From Podarcis pityusensis (lineage: Eukaryota): a DNA stretch of 64,000 nucleotides. Within the stretch, counting starts at the first letter, position 1. The number at the start of each line of letters is the position of its first letter. The position numbers and the translations under genes were made by a program. Where the stretch lies: the NCBI GenBank assembly GCA_964106645.2, contig OZ067051.1; one strand, given 5' to 3'. Below the pieces are notes generated by a model. The model was not told where the DNA came from. It saw only the letters and a list, made by a program, of their open reading frames with translations, and did no database searches. This document shows positions 11,905 through 23,000 of this stretch, piece by piece.

Positions 11905-11942
11905 GTATCTGAAGAAGTGTGCATGCACATGAAAGCTCATAC
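11905..11942 (+). ncRNA. Minimal type I hammerhead ribozyme motif (PLE type; C11.1-to-U variant)
   Basis: Sequence GTAT-CTGAAGA-A-GTGTG-CATG-CACAT-GAAA-GC-TC-ATAC. Helix I is GUAU/AUAC, the catalytic boxes are CUGANGA and GAAA, and helix III is the palindromic AGCU. Confidence 0.6.
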
Positions 11943-12617
11943 TGATAACTAACTTAGTTGGTCTCTAAGGAGCTACTGGAAGGAATTTTTTATTTTATTT
12001 TATTAGTCCTTAGAGGAGCAGTTTTCATACTCCTTTCTACCCACCACCCCAGGCTTCCTTGGAAGCATATCAGGGATTCAAAACCAAGGAGATCATTAAC
12101 AGTACACAAGTTTGTCTGCCAGATCCACCTTCCCCTGGTTTGTTCTTTCTCACGGGGAGATTCAGTTGCTAAACAGAGTGCAAGAGGCATTGTCTGTGAC
12201 CAGAAAAGGCAGTGTTTGAAATTAGCCAGGAGCCAGGCGCATTTTGCTCCTAGGTATCGCCCAAGTGAGGATGCCTGGACACAAGAATGGTGCCTGACAT
12301 CTCCACCATCTGAAGGTGCATGCCTGGAGATCATTGGATCTGAACTGTTTTCACACACTAATAGTCCATCCTGTAGAATTCTATCTTTTATATTTTAACC
12401 TCATAGTCAGAACCAAATTTCAGGAACCAAATTGCTTTTTCTGTGCAGCCTGAACAGGAGCAGGGAATGACATGACGGTTAATTGTTGTCTCTTGCTTTC
12501 TCTTTAACCACCCCAGTGCCCTGCTCACAGTTGGGAAGAATGTTGTTTGTTGTTTGTTGTTTGTTGGGACTCTCACTCCTGCCAGGCCATCCAACATGGC
12601 CAAAGATCAGGATTGAT

Positions 12618-12975
12618 GGGACGCGGGTGGCGCTGTGGTCTAAACCACTGAGCCTAGGGCTTGCTGATCAGAAGGTTGGCGGTTCGAATCCCCGCAATGG
12701 GGTGAGCTCCTGTTGCTTGGTCCCTGCTCCTGCCAACCTAGCGGTTCAACAGCACATCAAAGTGCAAGTAGATAAGTAGGTACTGCTCCGGCGGGAAGGT
12801 AAACGGCGTTTCCATGCGCTGCTCTGGTTCGCCAGAAGCGGCTTAGTCATGCTGGCCACTTGACCCGGAAGCTGTACGCCGGCTCCCTCAGCCAGTAAAG
12901 CAAGATGAGCGCTGCAACCCCAGAGTCGGCCACGACTGGCCCTAACGGTCAGGGGTCCCTTTACCTTTACTTTAC
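12618..12975 (+). mobile_element. Sauria SINE, full length
   Basis: 5' GGGACGCGGGTGGCGCTGTGG, B box GGTTCGAATCC, (ACCTTT)n-type tail. Confidence 0.92.
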
Positions 12976-13634
12976 AGCCCAGCATCAACTTGCGGGTTTG
13001 CTTTTTTAGGGCTTCCTCTCCATCCATTTTCAAACTTTTCTCTATACCATCATGAGGGCTAGAAGCATGTTTTTAAAATGCAGTATTTGGCTGAGAAAAC
13101 TGCCCCCCCCCCCGGTAACATGTTCACCGGCAGAGCTGAGATTCAGTGGTTGGCTACAATTCAGTTTTCACAATCCTCTTTTTTTAAAAGGAATGGATCA
13201 GGAATTCAGCACTACAAAACGGAGCACGGTTTAGTCCAGCTGAAACACAGATTAGCGGCACATTTGCAAGCTGGTATAAACGTCTGTACTTAAGCCAGCT
13301 TCAGATGGGTTTGAAATTGCTGTAGTTGTTGCAGAGAATTGGGAATTGTAATGTTAGGGTGGTGCCCCCTTAACCGCTTTAAAGAAATCATGACTACTAG
13401 GTGGTCTTGAGAGCAAAGGGTGGCTCCTAAACTGGTTTGAAACCGGTTTAAATTTGTAGTGTAAATGTGCCCTAGGATGAGAGAAAATGTTTATTGAATA
13501 GGTTGGAGGATATGTGACCCATCCTGGTTTATGCCAACCTTGCCAATTTACAAGGGCCTTCAAGTGGCATGGGATTCATCTCTGGAAAGGCGTGCCTCAC
13601 AGTTCATTGGTGTCCACACTCCCCCTGCTGGTAG

Positions 13635-14190
13635 CATAGATTCATAGGATTGTAGAGTTGGAAGGGAGCTTGAGGGTCATCTAGTCCAACCCCACCCCCA
13701 CCCCCAAAATGAAGGAATCTCAACTCAAGCATCTGTGACAGATGGACATCCAACCTCTGCTTTAAAACCTTCAAGGAAGGAGGGTCCACCACCTCCCAAG
13801 GGAGACGGTTCCACTGTCAAGCAGCTCTTACTGTCAGAAACTTCTTCCTGGTGTTTAGTCGGAAACTCCTTTCTTGGAACTTGAATCCATTGGTTTTTCC
13901 TCTGGAGCAGGAGAAAACAAGCTTGCTCCCTATTCCATGGGACGGCCCTTTAGATATTTGAAAATGGCTATCCTATCTCCTCTTAGTCTCCTCTTTTCCA
14001 GGCTAAACATACCCAGCTCCTTCAACCATTCCTCATCAGGCTTAGTCTCCAGACCCTTGATCATCTTGGGTCACCCTCTTCTGCGCATGTTCCAGCTTGT
14101 CAACATCCTTCTTAAATTGTGGTGCCCAGAGCTGGACACAGAATTCCAGGTGTCGTCTGACCAAGGCAGAACAGAGCGGTTCTATGACTT
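13635..14190 (-). mobile_element. CR1 LINE 3' end
   Basis: Translates as [33 protein letters not shown] and PSLKVLKQRLDVHL; ATTCTATG-like tail. Confidence 0.9.
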
Positions 14191-15548
14191 CCACAACTTT
14201 TTTTGCCAACTCATTTTGTTGTACAATGGAAATGGAAACTGAACTGTTCTGTCTAAATTTTACTTCCCAATAGGTGCATGTTGTGTTTCTGAATGAGGTT
14301 TTTGGTTTCATAGGGAAGGCTAAGACTGCACAGCAACACATTTTCAGAATCTCTTATCTTTTTGTCCCCAAAGCTGCAGGTGGAGGGGACGCAGTCCTCC
14401 CAGCTTGGCATTGTTTGATTACAACCGCCTTTGTCTCTAAAGTGGTAGCTGTCTTTCCAGATAAAGACCACTCCTCACTTAGCGACTGAGCCCTTGCCTT
14501 CTACATACTCTGATCTAAGTTGCAGGTTCTACTTCTGTCGAGAGATGCTTGAAAGGGTTTTGGCACAGCTTGCTAAAATCTCAAAAGCCAGGAATGCCCA
14601 ATCAGATTCGGCATTCTGGAAGTTGGGCTTCCAAGTGCCTCGTATAACTCCTCGGTCCCTTTCTGCAACCAGGAGAACCAGAACAAGTTATGTAAATTTG
14701 CTCGAAGGTTGCACAATAGATTCAGCTTACAGAATGTAGCAGCAGCCCTTTTCTCGGAATTGGCATGGAGTTGCGTGCAACCGCGACGGTTTCTCATTTT
14801 TGCTCCTTGAGAAACTAAAGCCCAGCATAATGGATGCACGCTCTTGACTGTCTCTTTCTGTTTTAGATCAATGAGCCCTCTCTATCTGGGCTTTAAACAT
14901 TTCCTGGTAGATTTCCACCCTCTTCCCATTCTCCCTACACACAGGTACACAGAATGTGCTCCTTCTCTGGGTACATCTCTTTTGTCCCCTCTGGCTGTTC
15001 CTGACTCCTCACCTCACTTCCTGCAGAATAATAAAAAAAATCAACCCAATGAAACTGCTTTCAATCAAAAGCAAATCATTCTTATCCCATTGACTCCCTG
15101 CCACATGGAAACCCTTCTAACCTTGGAGCGTGGCTGCCTGCCACAAACTAACATGCATGGGGCTCCCTTCTCTTTTCCTCCCTACCTTTTTAACCCCCCC
15201 TCCCCCAACGAGAGCATGGCACCCCACGCCCCAAAGTCTTTAAATAACTCTTCTTTTTGTTTTACATTCCTCAGCAGACCCATTGGCCAGACCAGGCGTT
15301 CAGCAGCGGCAGATGCAGGTTTTAGGGATCCCGCTGCTCCCCTCCCTACAAAGAGGGTTACGAAGGTGTGGCTTTTGCAGGGGAGAAGCGGTGGCAGGAG
15401 GAGCTCTCATGCGCTCCCCGCCCAGCCGGTTCCAGACTTGCCTTTAAGTTGCCCTCAAAAAGCAGCTGGAGAGCAGCAGATTGCTGAGAAACAGCTGCGC
15501 AAAACAACAACAAACCTCTGGTTACGTGAAACATATTCAATGAACACA

Positions 15549-16122
15549 CAAGACATAACCGGCTGTACGTTTGAAAAAATAATATATTCTATTTGTTGTA
15601 CTGAATTGTAGATTTCAACAGAAGTAGCTGATAAAGTTCAACGAGAAAAGTAGCAGACCCAGTGGATCAGTTCTGGGGATATTTTTGAACCGTTTAACCG
15701 CTGGGTCAATATATAAAAAGGTAAAGGGACCCCTGACCATTAGGTCCAGTCATGGCTGACTGGGAATGCGGCGCTCATCTCGCTTTATTGGCCGAGGGAG
15801 CCAGTGTACAGCTTCCGGGTCATGTGGCCAGCATGACTAAGCCACTTCTGGCGAACCAGAGCAGTGCACAGAAACGCCGTTTACCTTCCCGCCGGAGCGG
15901 TACCTATTTATCTACTTGCACTTTGAGGTTCTTTCAAACTGCTAGGTTGGCAGGAGCAGGGACCAAGCAATGGGAGCTCACCCTTTCACGGGGATTCGAA
16001 CCACCGACCTTCTGATGGGCAAGCCCTAGGCTCTGTGGTTTAACCCACAGCGCCACCCGCGTCCCTTTGGGTCAATATATAGCATATGTTATTTTTTCAA
16101 ACTCACAGCCGGTTACGTCTTG
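15549..16122. repeat. 44-bp inverted repeat enclosing two hairpins (T-shaped palindrome), interrupted by a Sauria SINE
   Basis: 15549-15592 matches the reverse complement of 16079-16122 at 39/44 positions. Internal hairpins lie at ~15592-15645 and 15656-15708. Confidence 0.8.
15716..16065 (-). mobile_element. Sauria SINE with 14-bp TSD
   Basis: Reverse complement of the 12618 copy; TSD TGGGTCAATATATA at 15702-15715 and 16068-16081. Confidence 0.93.
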
Positions 16123-16609
16123 AGAAATATCTGCGGGCAAAGCAGGAGGCAAACCACCCCATCTCACCGGCCACTTCTCCACTGCAAACCGGTCTCTCTC
16201 CCCCGGCCACTTTTGAAGCCGGGTGTCGTCTGAACGCCTTCGCTGTGCCCTTTCCAGGCATCTGAGTTCTCCAAGTGCCTGCATGTTCCTTTTTGGCAAG
16301 CTCTCGCAGGGGCTGCCTGGGCAAACTTAGATTCCACTGGGGAACAGGGATTCCTTCTCCTGCACCTCTCCCCGAAACTACTCACCCGGCCCCTTTCCTT
16401 AATGATCAGAATAACCACTCACAGCGGGGATGTGATTTTGGGGGTTTGCAATGATTATAATTTCATTTTGCTGATGATTTGTATTTTTTTGTTTTGTTTC
16501 TTTCTTTTTTTTAGAAATCTTGGAATGATTTTAATTTTTATTTGTGGGTTGGGGAGGAGGAAATATAATTTTGTCTGTTCATTCATTTTCCAGCTTTCTT
16601 TTCTTCCAG

Positions 16610-16640
16610 GTCTTGTTGCTCTCCACCTTCTGCTGTGTGA
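16610..16640 (+). CDS. Candidate alternative terminal exon of MPRIP (R-SCCSPPSAV*)
   Basis: Long pyrimidine tract plus CAG, phase-2 compatible with both upstream donors; ATTAAA at 16950. Confidence 0.35.
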
Positions 16641-17616
16641 CGTGTCCGCCCTTTTTACTCCGCCTGCTTCGCTACCATCTCATCTCCAAAAAAAAAATAT
16701 TTAAAAATTCGAGCTGTAGACAACCTGGTGGTGCAACCCCCCTTTCCATAAGAAATCAGCCTGCTTTGTTTTGTTGGGTTTTTTTGTTCCGTTTCCTTTT
16801 TCATAAAGAAAATGAGCCCCTTTGCCATTTGGCCGAGACAAATGTCAATTTGATGATCCTTCGCTTTTCATCCCTTTTTGCAAAACTGAGATGGAGGGAG
16901 TGGGGGAAAGTGGGGTTTCCTTTCTTTTTTAACGAAAAGGCTGCTGTCAATTAAAAAAAACACATTGCAGAGTGTTAAAATATGTGCAGCGCGGCTTATG
17001 AAGAAAGGTGTTTTGCGGGGTCTTTGCCTTCCCTGGGAGTATCCGGCAGGCCTCTTCTTCAGGCCTCTTGGTGTTGGGAAAGCTTTGGGTGGCTCTCTGT
17101 CCCTGCATGTGGCATGGCGTGGTCTTGACTGTGGAGGCTAACCTGGAAGGGGTTCCTTGGTGGGAAAGATCCTGCCTCAAACGTTGGGACTCTGGGTTTT
17201 GTGATCATCTGGTCCCTTCCAGCCCAATGTTCCTCCCTTATTAGCAGTTAGTCTTTTTTATTTTGTTTTATATTCTTTATTGGGGGAGGAAGTACAAAAT
17301 TACAAGTGCACAGCATAAGACACACACACAAAAGGAACAAGAAATAGTACCCATGTAGAAAACAAAACAGGATAATGTATTGTGCACATTACAAAAAAAG
17401 GGGTATTGTTATTGTAGTTAACCCTGAATTATAGCATGGCTGGGGTCCGTTCGTGTGGGAGGCAGTCATTTCCCACAGCAAGAGACCAGAAGTCCCTCTT
17501 ATTGTAGTTAACCAGACCTTAATCTCATATGGTATTTACTCTTATAAAACAGACTTCTGGAAGTTAGTCTTATAAAAGATCCATCAGATCCAAGCCTTCT
17601 TCAACTGACACAGCTA

Positions 17617-17781
17617 CAGTGGTACCTTGGTTGCTGAACTTAATCCGTTCCGGGAGTCCATTTGACTCCCGGAACCGTTCGAAAACAAGGCACAGCTTCC
17701 AATTGGCTGCAGGAGCTTCTTGCGTCATTCGGGAGCCAATTTGTTTGGGAGCCAAGCTGTTCGAGTACCAAGGTACCACTG
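17617..17781. mobile_element. Tc1/mariner (Tigger-like) MITE
   Basis: TIRs CAGTGGTACCTTGGT / ACCAAGGTACCACTG; TA TSD. Confidence 0.85.
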
Positions 17782-18197
17782 TACAGTGGGACATCAGATT
17801 CCAGTCTCCAGAGAAAACGCTACTTTTCATTTTGAGAGTAAAGCCAGGCATTTATTCATGTCGTCTCTTTCTAGTTAGATGATAATGCCTTCAAAGTGAT
17901 AAGTGCTTGCAAGCAAACACACAGATACATGTGTATTTATGTCTTGCAGGCGGGCTGAATCCCAATAAGTTTATTTCCGGTCATATTCCTTCTCCCCTCC
18001 CACCCCACCCCCCCGGCAATAAATCCAAACAGGGCAGAGTGAGCTGTTTTGAAAGGGTTGCCATTCCAATACCTTAGGAACGCTCTTGTTGAATTGGGGT
18101 GAGGGGGATGGAGCTGCTGTGATTTACTGAGGATTGTTGCAGGCTCCTGTCTTTTGGAAAAAAACAGCCCTGGTTTCCCCTCTTATCTGTCTTGCAG

Positions 18198-18339
18198 GCG
18201 GTCCCAGGTAATTGAGAAATTTGAGGCATTAGATATTGAGAATGCTGAGCACATGGAGACCAACGCCCCCTCTGGAACTGCCCTCTCCAGTGAGACCCGG
18301 CAGGGCAGGAGCGAGAAGAGGGTTTTCCCCAGGAAACGG
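18198..18339 (+). CDS. MPRIP: MPRIP exon (RSQVIEKFEALDIENAEHMET...FPRKR)
   Basis: Acceptor ttgcag, donor CGG|GTAAGA, phase 2 to 0. Confidence 0.95.
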
Positions 18340-18346
18340 GTAAGAC

Positions 18347-18671
18347 CATGGGTAGGCAAACTAAGGCCTGGGGGGGCCGGATCCAGCCCAGTCGCCTTCT
18401 AAATCCGGCCCATGGATGGTCCAGGAATCAGCATGTATTTACATGAGTAGAATGTGTCCTTTTATTTAAAATGCCTCTCCGGGTTATTTGTGGGGCCTGC
18501 CTGGTGTTTTTACATGAGTAGAATGTGTGCTTTTATTTTAAATGCATCTCTGGGATACTTGTGGGGCATAGGAATTCGTTCTTTTTTTCCCCTTCAAAAT
18601 ATTGTCCGGCCCACCACAAGGTCTGGGGGACAGTGGACCGGCCCCCTGCTGAAAAAGTTTGCTGACCCCTG
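18347..18671. mobile_element. hAT-type MITE inserted in a splice donor
   Basis: TIRs CATGGGTAGGCAAACT / AGTTTGCTGACCCCTG; perfect 8-bp TSD GGTAAGAC. Confidence 0.92.
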
Positions 18672-18894
18672 GGTAAGACAGTGGAACAATATTTTTCTGC
18701 ATCGCCTTGTCTTTTTCCCCAGGGTGTCCAGAAGCCCCGTAGGGCCTGTCAGGGGGCATTTTCCACATTGCATAGTCCTGCATTGCAGGGGGATGCACTA
18801 AATGACCCTCAGGGTTGTGTTCAACTTTTTTTTCTTCCGTTTTATCCCTCACAACTTATATCGTTCCCAGGCCCATTGTTAGCAGAAAAAAATA

Positions 18895-19152
18895 CAGTGG
18901 TACCTCGTTTTGAGTCCAGGATCTGTTACAGAGCCCTGAGCGCTTGACATAAAGAATGCACGACAAAGTGCCGCTCTGCACATGTGCGTGGAGCGGTTTG
19001 TGTTTCTGCACATGCGTGAAGCGTGATTTAGCGCTTCTGCACATGTGCGAGCGGCAAACCCGGAAGTAACTCGTTCCGGTACTTCCGGGTTTGCCGCGGA
19101 CATTCGACGAAATGGACGCTCGATGAGGCGGACTCAAAATGAAGTGCCACTG
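18895..19152. mobile_element. Tc1/mariner (Tigger-like) MITE
   Basis: TIRs CAGTGGTACCTCGTTTTGAGTCC / GGACTCAAAATGAAGTGCCACTG; TA TSD; internal TCTGCACATG repeats. Confidence 0.85.
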
Positions 19153-19363
19153 TAATTAAATCCAGGAAGATCTTTGTACACGTGGAATTTTTGCTTCTCT
19201 TGGGGAAAAGTACACCATTCTCAGGGTTCAGATTCATTTCGACTTGCTTTTGACTCCTGCTTTGCAGGCTTTCAGTGGAAAGAGTTCTTTGGTGTTGAAT
19301 TTTGATGTTTAGAGCCGAGCTCTGCAGATTTTCCCCCAGCCTTGACCTCCGTGTTTGTTGCAG

Positions 19364-19477
19364 GACTTTGCTGCCGAATCTGCAACTAGCCCCATCCTGG
19401 ACGTCTCGACTTCTCCCTTGTCCCCGCACCGCAGAGCCAAATCGCTGGACAGAAGGTCGACTGAGTCCTCCATGACG
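19364..19477 (+). CDS. MPRIP: MPRIP exon (DFAAES...SPLSPHRRAKSLDRRSTESSMT)
   Basis: Acceptor ttgcag, donor ACG|GTGAG, 114 nt, phase 0/0. Confidence 0.95.
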
Positions 19478-21001
19478 GTGAGCCCCGAGGCGTTTGCTGT
19501 TTTCCTCCATGCATGGAAACTGGCACGGTGCCCCAAAGGAATGAATGGCGACGCTCTCCTTTGCAGGTGTCCTCTGCAGGAGAAGGGAGCGCTCAGGGAA
19601 AAGGCAGGTGCTTGACGGGGCAAAATAGGAGACCTGGCATGACATTAGCGTGCTAATTGCTCGGCTGGGAATTTGAGCCAAAAGTTGCAGCGCCCATTAA
19701 GGCTGGATAAGGATCTCAGAATTTGCCAAGCCGGGGCTTGCTCTGCAGGTATTCCTATCCACTTCTGCAGACAGCTTTGTTATTTGTTTGCTCCATTTAT
19801 ATTCCTTTCCGCCAGTTCCTCCAAAGAGCTCAGGGGTGCATACATAGTGATCCTCCTGCCCATTTTATCTTCACAGCAACCTTGCAAGGTAGGCTGGGTC
19901 ACAGGCGCAAGGTCACCCAGCGAGCTTGGTGGCTGAGTGGGGGCTTGAACCCTGGTCTGGGCTTGAACCCGGTCGCCTACATCCTCAGTCGCTACATCAC
20001 ACAGGCCGTCATTGCACTTGCAATGCACAGGGCCCTGAACTGTGCCGCTTGGTGTCTTTGGGAAAAGTGGGGCTATTGCAGGGCCTTTTCTGTAGTGGCT
20101 CCCCGCTTGTGGAATGCTCTCCCCAGGGAGATGCCTTCCTGATGTCAGTAGGCAGGAAGTTATGGCCCTCCCCTTACTGGTTTTCCTGAGTGCATGCAGT
20201 TTGTGCCATTCTTAGGAGGTGCCCAGTCCTATTTAGAGATGGGTTGTGTTGTCTCTTGTTGAAGAAGCCAGTTCCGTGATGTAAGTGCCACTTGAATTGT
20301 GTCAGCTGAAGGTGATAAAACCCAGGTTTTGCCCCCACTTACGTGCCCCTCCATTCCCACCCAAACTCTCCCTCGGCTTCAGGTTCTTTTGCTCAAACTT
20401 CAGATGGAACAACCCCTTCCCCACTGTCCCCAAATTCACTGATGGAGCATACTAGCCTTGTGAGTTCGGTGGTAAACCTTTAACCAACATTTGTTCTGTG
20501 TGAATACTAATCACTTCACCGTTGCAAGAAGTTACATGGTGCGTGATCAGCAAGGAAGCCTCCTATATCTTGCTTCATCTGAATGGTTTTTCTTCAGCTG
20601 CAGTGAAATGCTTTTGTGGCAGCAGCTCACCAGCTTCTTTCTCCCTCTCTCTGCACCTCTCTCTTCCATCTCAAGGCTTCCTTGAAGACTGAGTTGACCT
20701 TATCAGAGGGGAACATTTATCAGCAGGCAAGTCTGCCCGTGCCTGTTCAACAAGATGAGATAATAATGCGGCTTTCTCCACAGTGAACCACGTGCATGAC
20801 TTTTCACAAAGAAACATAACACTCTCTGTGTGTGTGTGGCTTGCCTGTCACGTTGTCCCCCTCTTCCTTTGTTAGCCTGGGCACCGCTTCACAGGGTGGT
20901 TTTTGGGAACACACTCTTATCCCTGAAGCAGGTAATTTTAAGGAATGAGGCAGGAACTCAAAATAGGAAGTGGCCGTTTCCACTACAAAGGACTGTAGTG
21001 A

Positions 21002-21135
21002 AGGACCACAACTCAGTGGCAGAACACCTTTGTGTGCAAAACATCCCGGGTTCAGTCCCCAGCATCTCCAGGCAGGGCTTTCAAGGACTCCTCTCTGAAC
21101 CTCTGGAGAGCTGTTGCCAGTTGGTGGAGACCATG
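21002..21135 (+). mobile_element. tRNA-derived squamate SINE (same family as 1531)
   Basis: Reads ACTCAGTGGCAGAAC...GGTTCAGTCCCCAGCATCTCCAGGCAGGG...CTGGAGAGCTGTTGCCAG. Confidence 0.6.
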
Positions 21136-21411
21136 GGTCTTCAAACACTGGGTTGGCACCCACTGGTGGGTCGTAGCGAAGTCATTGCTGCCATGTTGGA
21201 TTCCAGCCAAGGCTGGCCAGACCAAAGGAGGACTGCAAACCATGTCTGGTCTGGGACACGTTATCCGACGAGACCCTCTGTTTTTCTGTTTCCATGAGTG
21301 CTGCAATACGGCAGGAGAAAAGCGTGAGCTGTTTTTTAAAATAAGTTGCGTATTTCTGGCCAATCACATGCCCCACCTCCCTATATCTATGCCTCCATTG
21401 TGGGTCCTCCA

Positions 21412-21556
21412 CAGTGCTTTTTTTTTCCTTTAAAAAAAGTGTTTAGGGGTACTCTCATTTTCCTACTCATATTGAAATACTGTCCCTCAATGAGGCCAAA
21501 CTTAGATTCACAAAATGTTTAGGGCTATGCGTCCCCCCCCCAGAAAAAAAGCACTG
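21412..21556. mobile_element. hAT-type MITE
   Basis: TIRs CAGTGCTTTTTTT / AAAAAAAGCACTG; perfect 8-bp TSD GTCCTCCA. Confidence 0.88.
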
Positions 21557-22259
21557 GTCCTCCATATTGAGCACATGTCGACCTTCTGGTCCATTTCCAG
21601 GCTCCTCCCCAGAGTGCAAAATTGCTGGTTTTCAAAAGCTGCTCAGCCTTTAAGCTAAGATCAAGTGTTAAAAATAAAAATCCCACTGCTTTTCAATTGG
21701 TGACAATGCTAAGGTATACTGCTCTGTGAATTGCCATTTTGGGATTAATAATGTGCATTGTTAAGTAGAAATCCAAAGTGAAAATGCCACAACGGTTGCC
21801 ATGTTGTGGGTTGCAAGTCAGAGGTGTGGACCAGTGTGGGAAACCGCAGGGGCAGACAGTATTGAGCCAGGGGGACTAACAGTTTGGCTCTGACTTTACG
21901 GCATTATGTCTTTATGACATTCCTGGAATGTGTTCAGTTCAAAGGACTTGGATGAAACATACGCTTAATGTATTCACCAGCAGTTCAGTATGGACCACTC
22001 CTTCCTGGGGCAGCTGTCACTCGCTATGTCTTTTGCAGCATCCCCAAAATAATGGAAGGGATGCAGACTGTGTGTGCGCGCGTGTGTAGCTTCGTCATTC
22101 TACCAGTGTGACGGGCGCATTGGCACTTTTCCCTCTCATGCCGTTGGGCCCACTCTCACTTTGATAAATTGCCCCTACCTCACTGAACAACCCTTTACCC
22201 AAAGGTTTCTTTTCCTTTCCTCTTAAAATTCTAGCCCAGAGTATCCTATGGGGGACCTT

Positions 22260-23000
22260 TGTGAGGGGGTAACTAGTAAATTGGAGTCTCAGACAGGTTT
22301 TCTTTAAATAAACAATAAAGATTTATTCAAGGCAAGACAGCATATAACACAACTGGATTAAACTTAGGTTACTTCAAGAATGCAGTGCAATTTCACTTTG
22401 ATTCATCCTCAGTTGTTTTTGTGTTATAGGTTTGTTTCCTTTATACAGTGATACTTTCTTTCAGTTCTCCACCCCTTTTAACAATCCTGCTCCTGAGGTA
22501 CTTTAAGTAATAGACCAAAGGGTCCTACACACACACACACACACGCACCCTTCACTGGGTCTGGGAGTTTCTTCTTTTCCTCAGAAGAATCTCTCCCCTC
22601 CAGACTAGATTTGAGTCCCAAGGAGGCTGTTCCTTTCCAGCTCCTACTTCTCCTGGCTCAACCTCTGCCTCCCAGTAAAATTCCCGTTTATTCCTCCTAC
22701 AGGACACCACACTCTGTCCTTCACAATACGCTCAGAGCAGAATTTGTTTCCCCCCAAAACCAACTCTTTCTCCCATTCACTCTTTCTACCTCATCCTGTC
22801 TCCTAATCTGTATCCCTACCTATCTCCTAACCTCTCCAACCTCAATTCCAACCCTCTCAACTAACTGCCTCCCTCACATCCTCTCCTTTTGAACTCTCCC
22901 TCCTGGAACCACAGCCAGTTAGAGGCTTCCGTTCATTAACCATTTGCTGGCAGGGAAAGAAAAAAGAAACCTGTCCAGCAAAACCAATTTTCTCGTCACA
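22260..23000 (-). mobile_element. Possible solo LTR
   Basis: TGTGA...TCACA termini, a minus-strand AATAAA near 22322 and CT-skewed composition; no clean TSD. Confidence 0.4.

Larger units (their letters stand above)
11389..12005. mobile_element. Penelope-like-element-derived palindromic terminal repeat, interrupted by BovB
   Basis: Inverted arms at 11833-11903 and 11920-11990, with the CTGAAGAAG...GAAAGCTCA signature of vertebrate PLE pseudo-LTRs. Confidence 0.7.

Noticed and set aside
14844-15611. 255-aa ORF on the + strand
   Set aside because: Starts at TTG, shows no recognisable domain or splice structure, and runs through low-complexity intronic sequence.
15549-16122. Endogenous parvovirus (AAV-like) T-shaped terminal repeat
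   Set aside because: The topology is similar, but there are no Rep-binding GAGC repeats and no adjacent rep/cap remnants. Kept only as an unexplained palindrome.
20876-20931. 56-nt exon-like unit (TTAG...CAG|GTAATT)
   Set aside because: It has an in-frame stop, would shift the frame, and has no other support; such pseudo-exons are common by chance.
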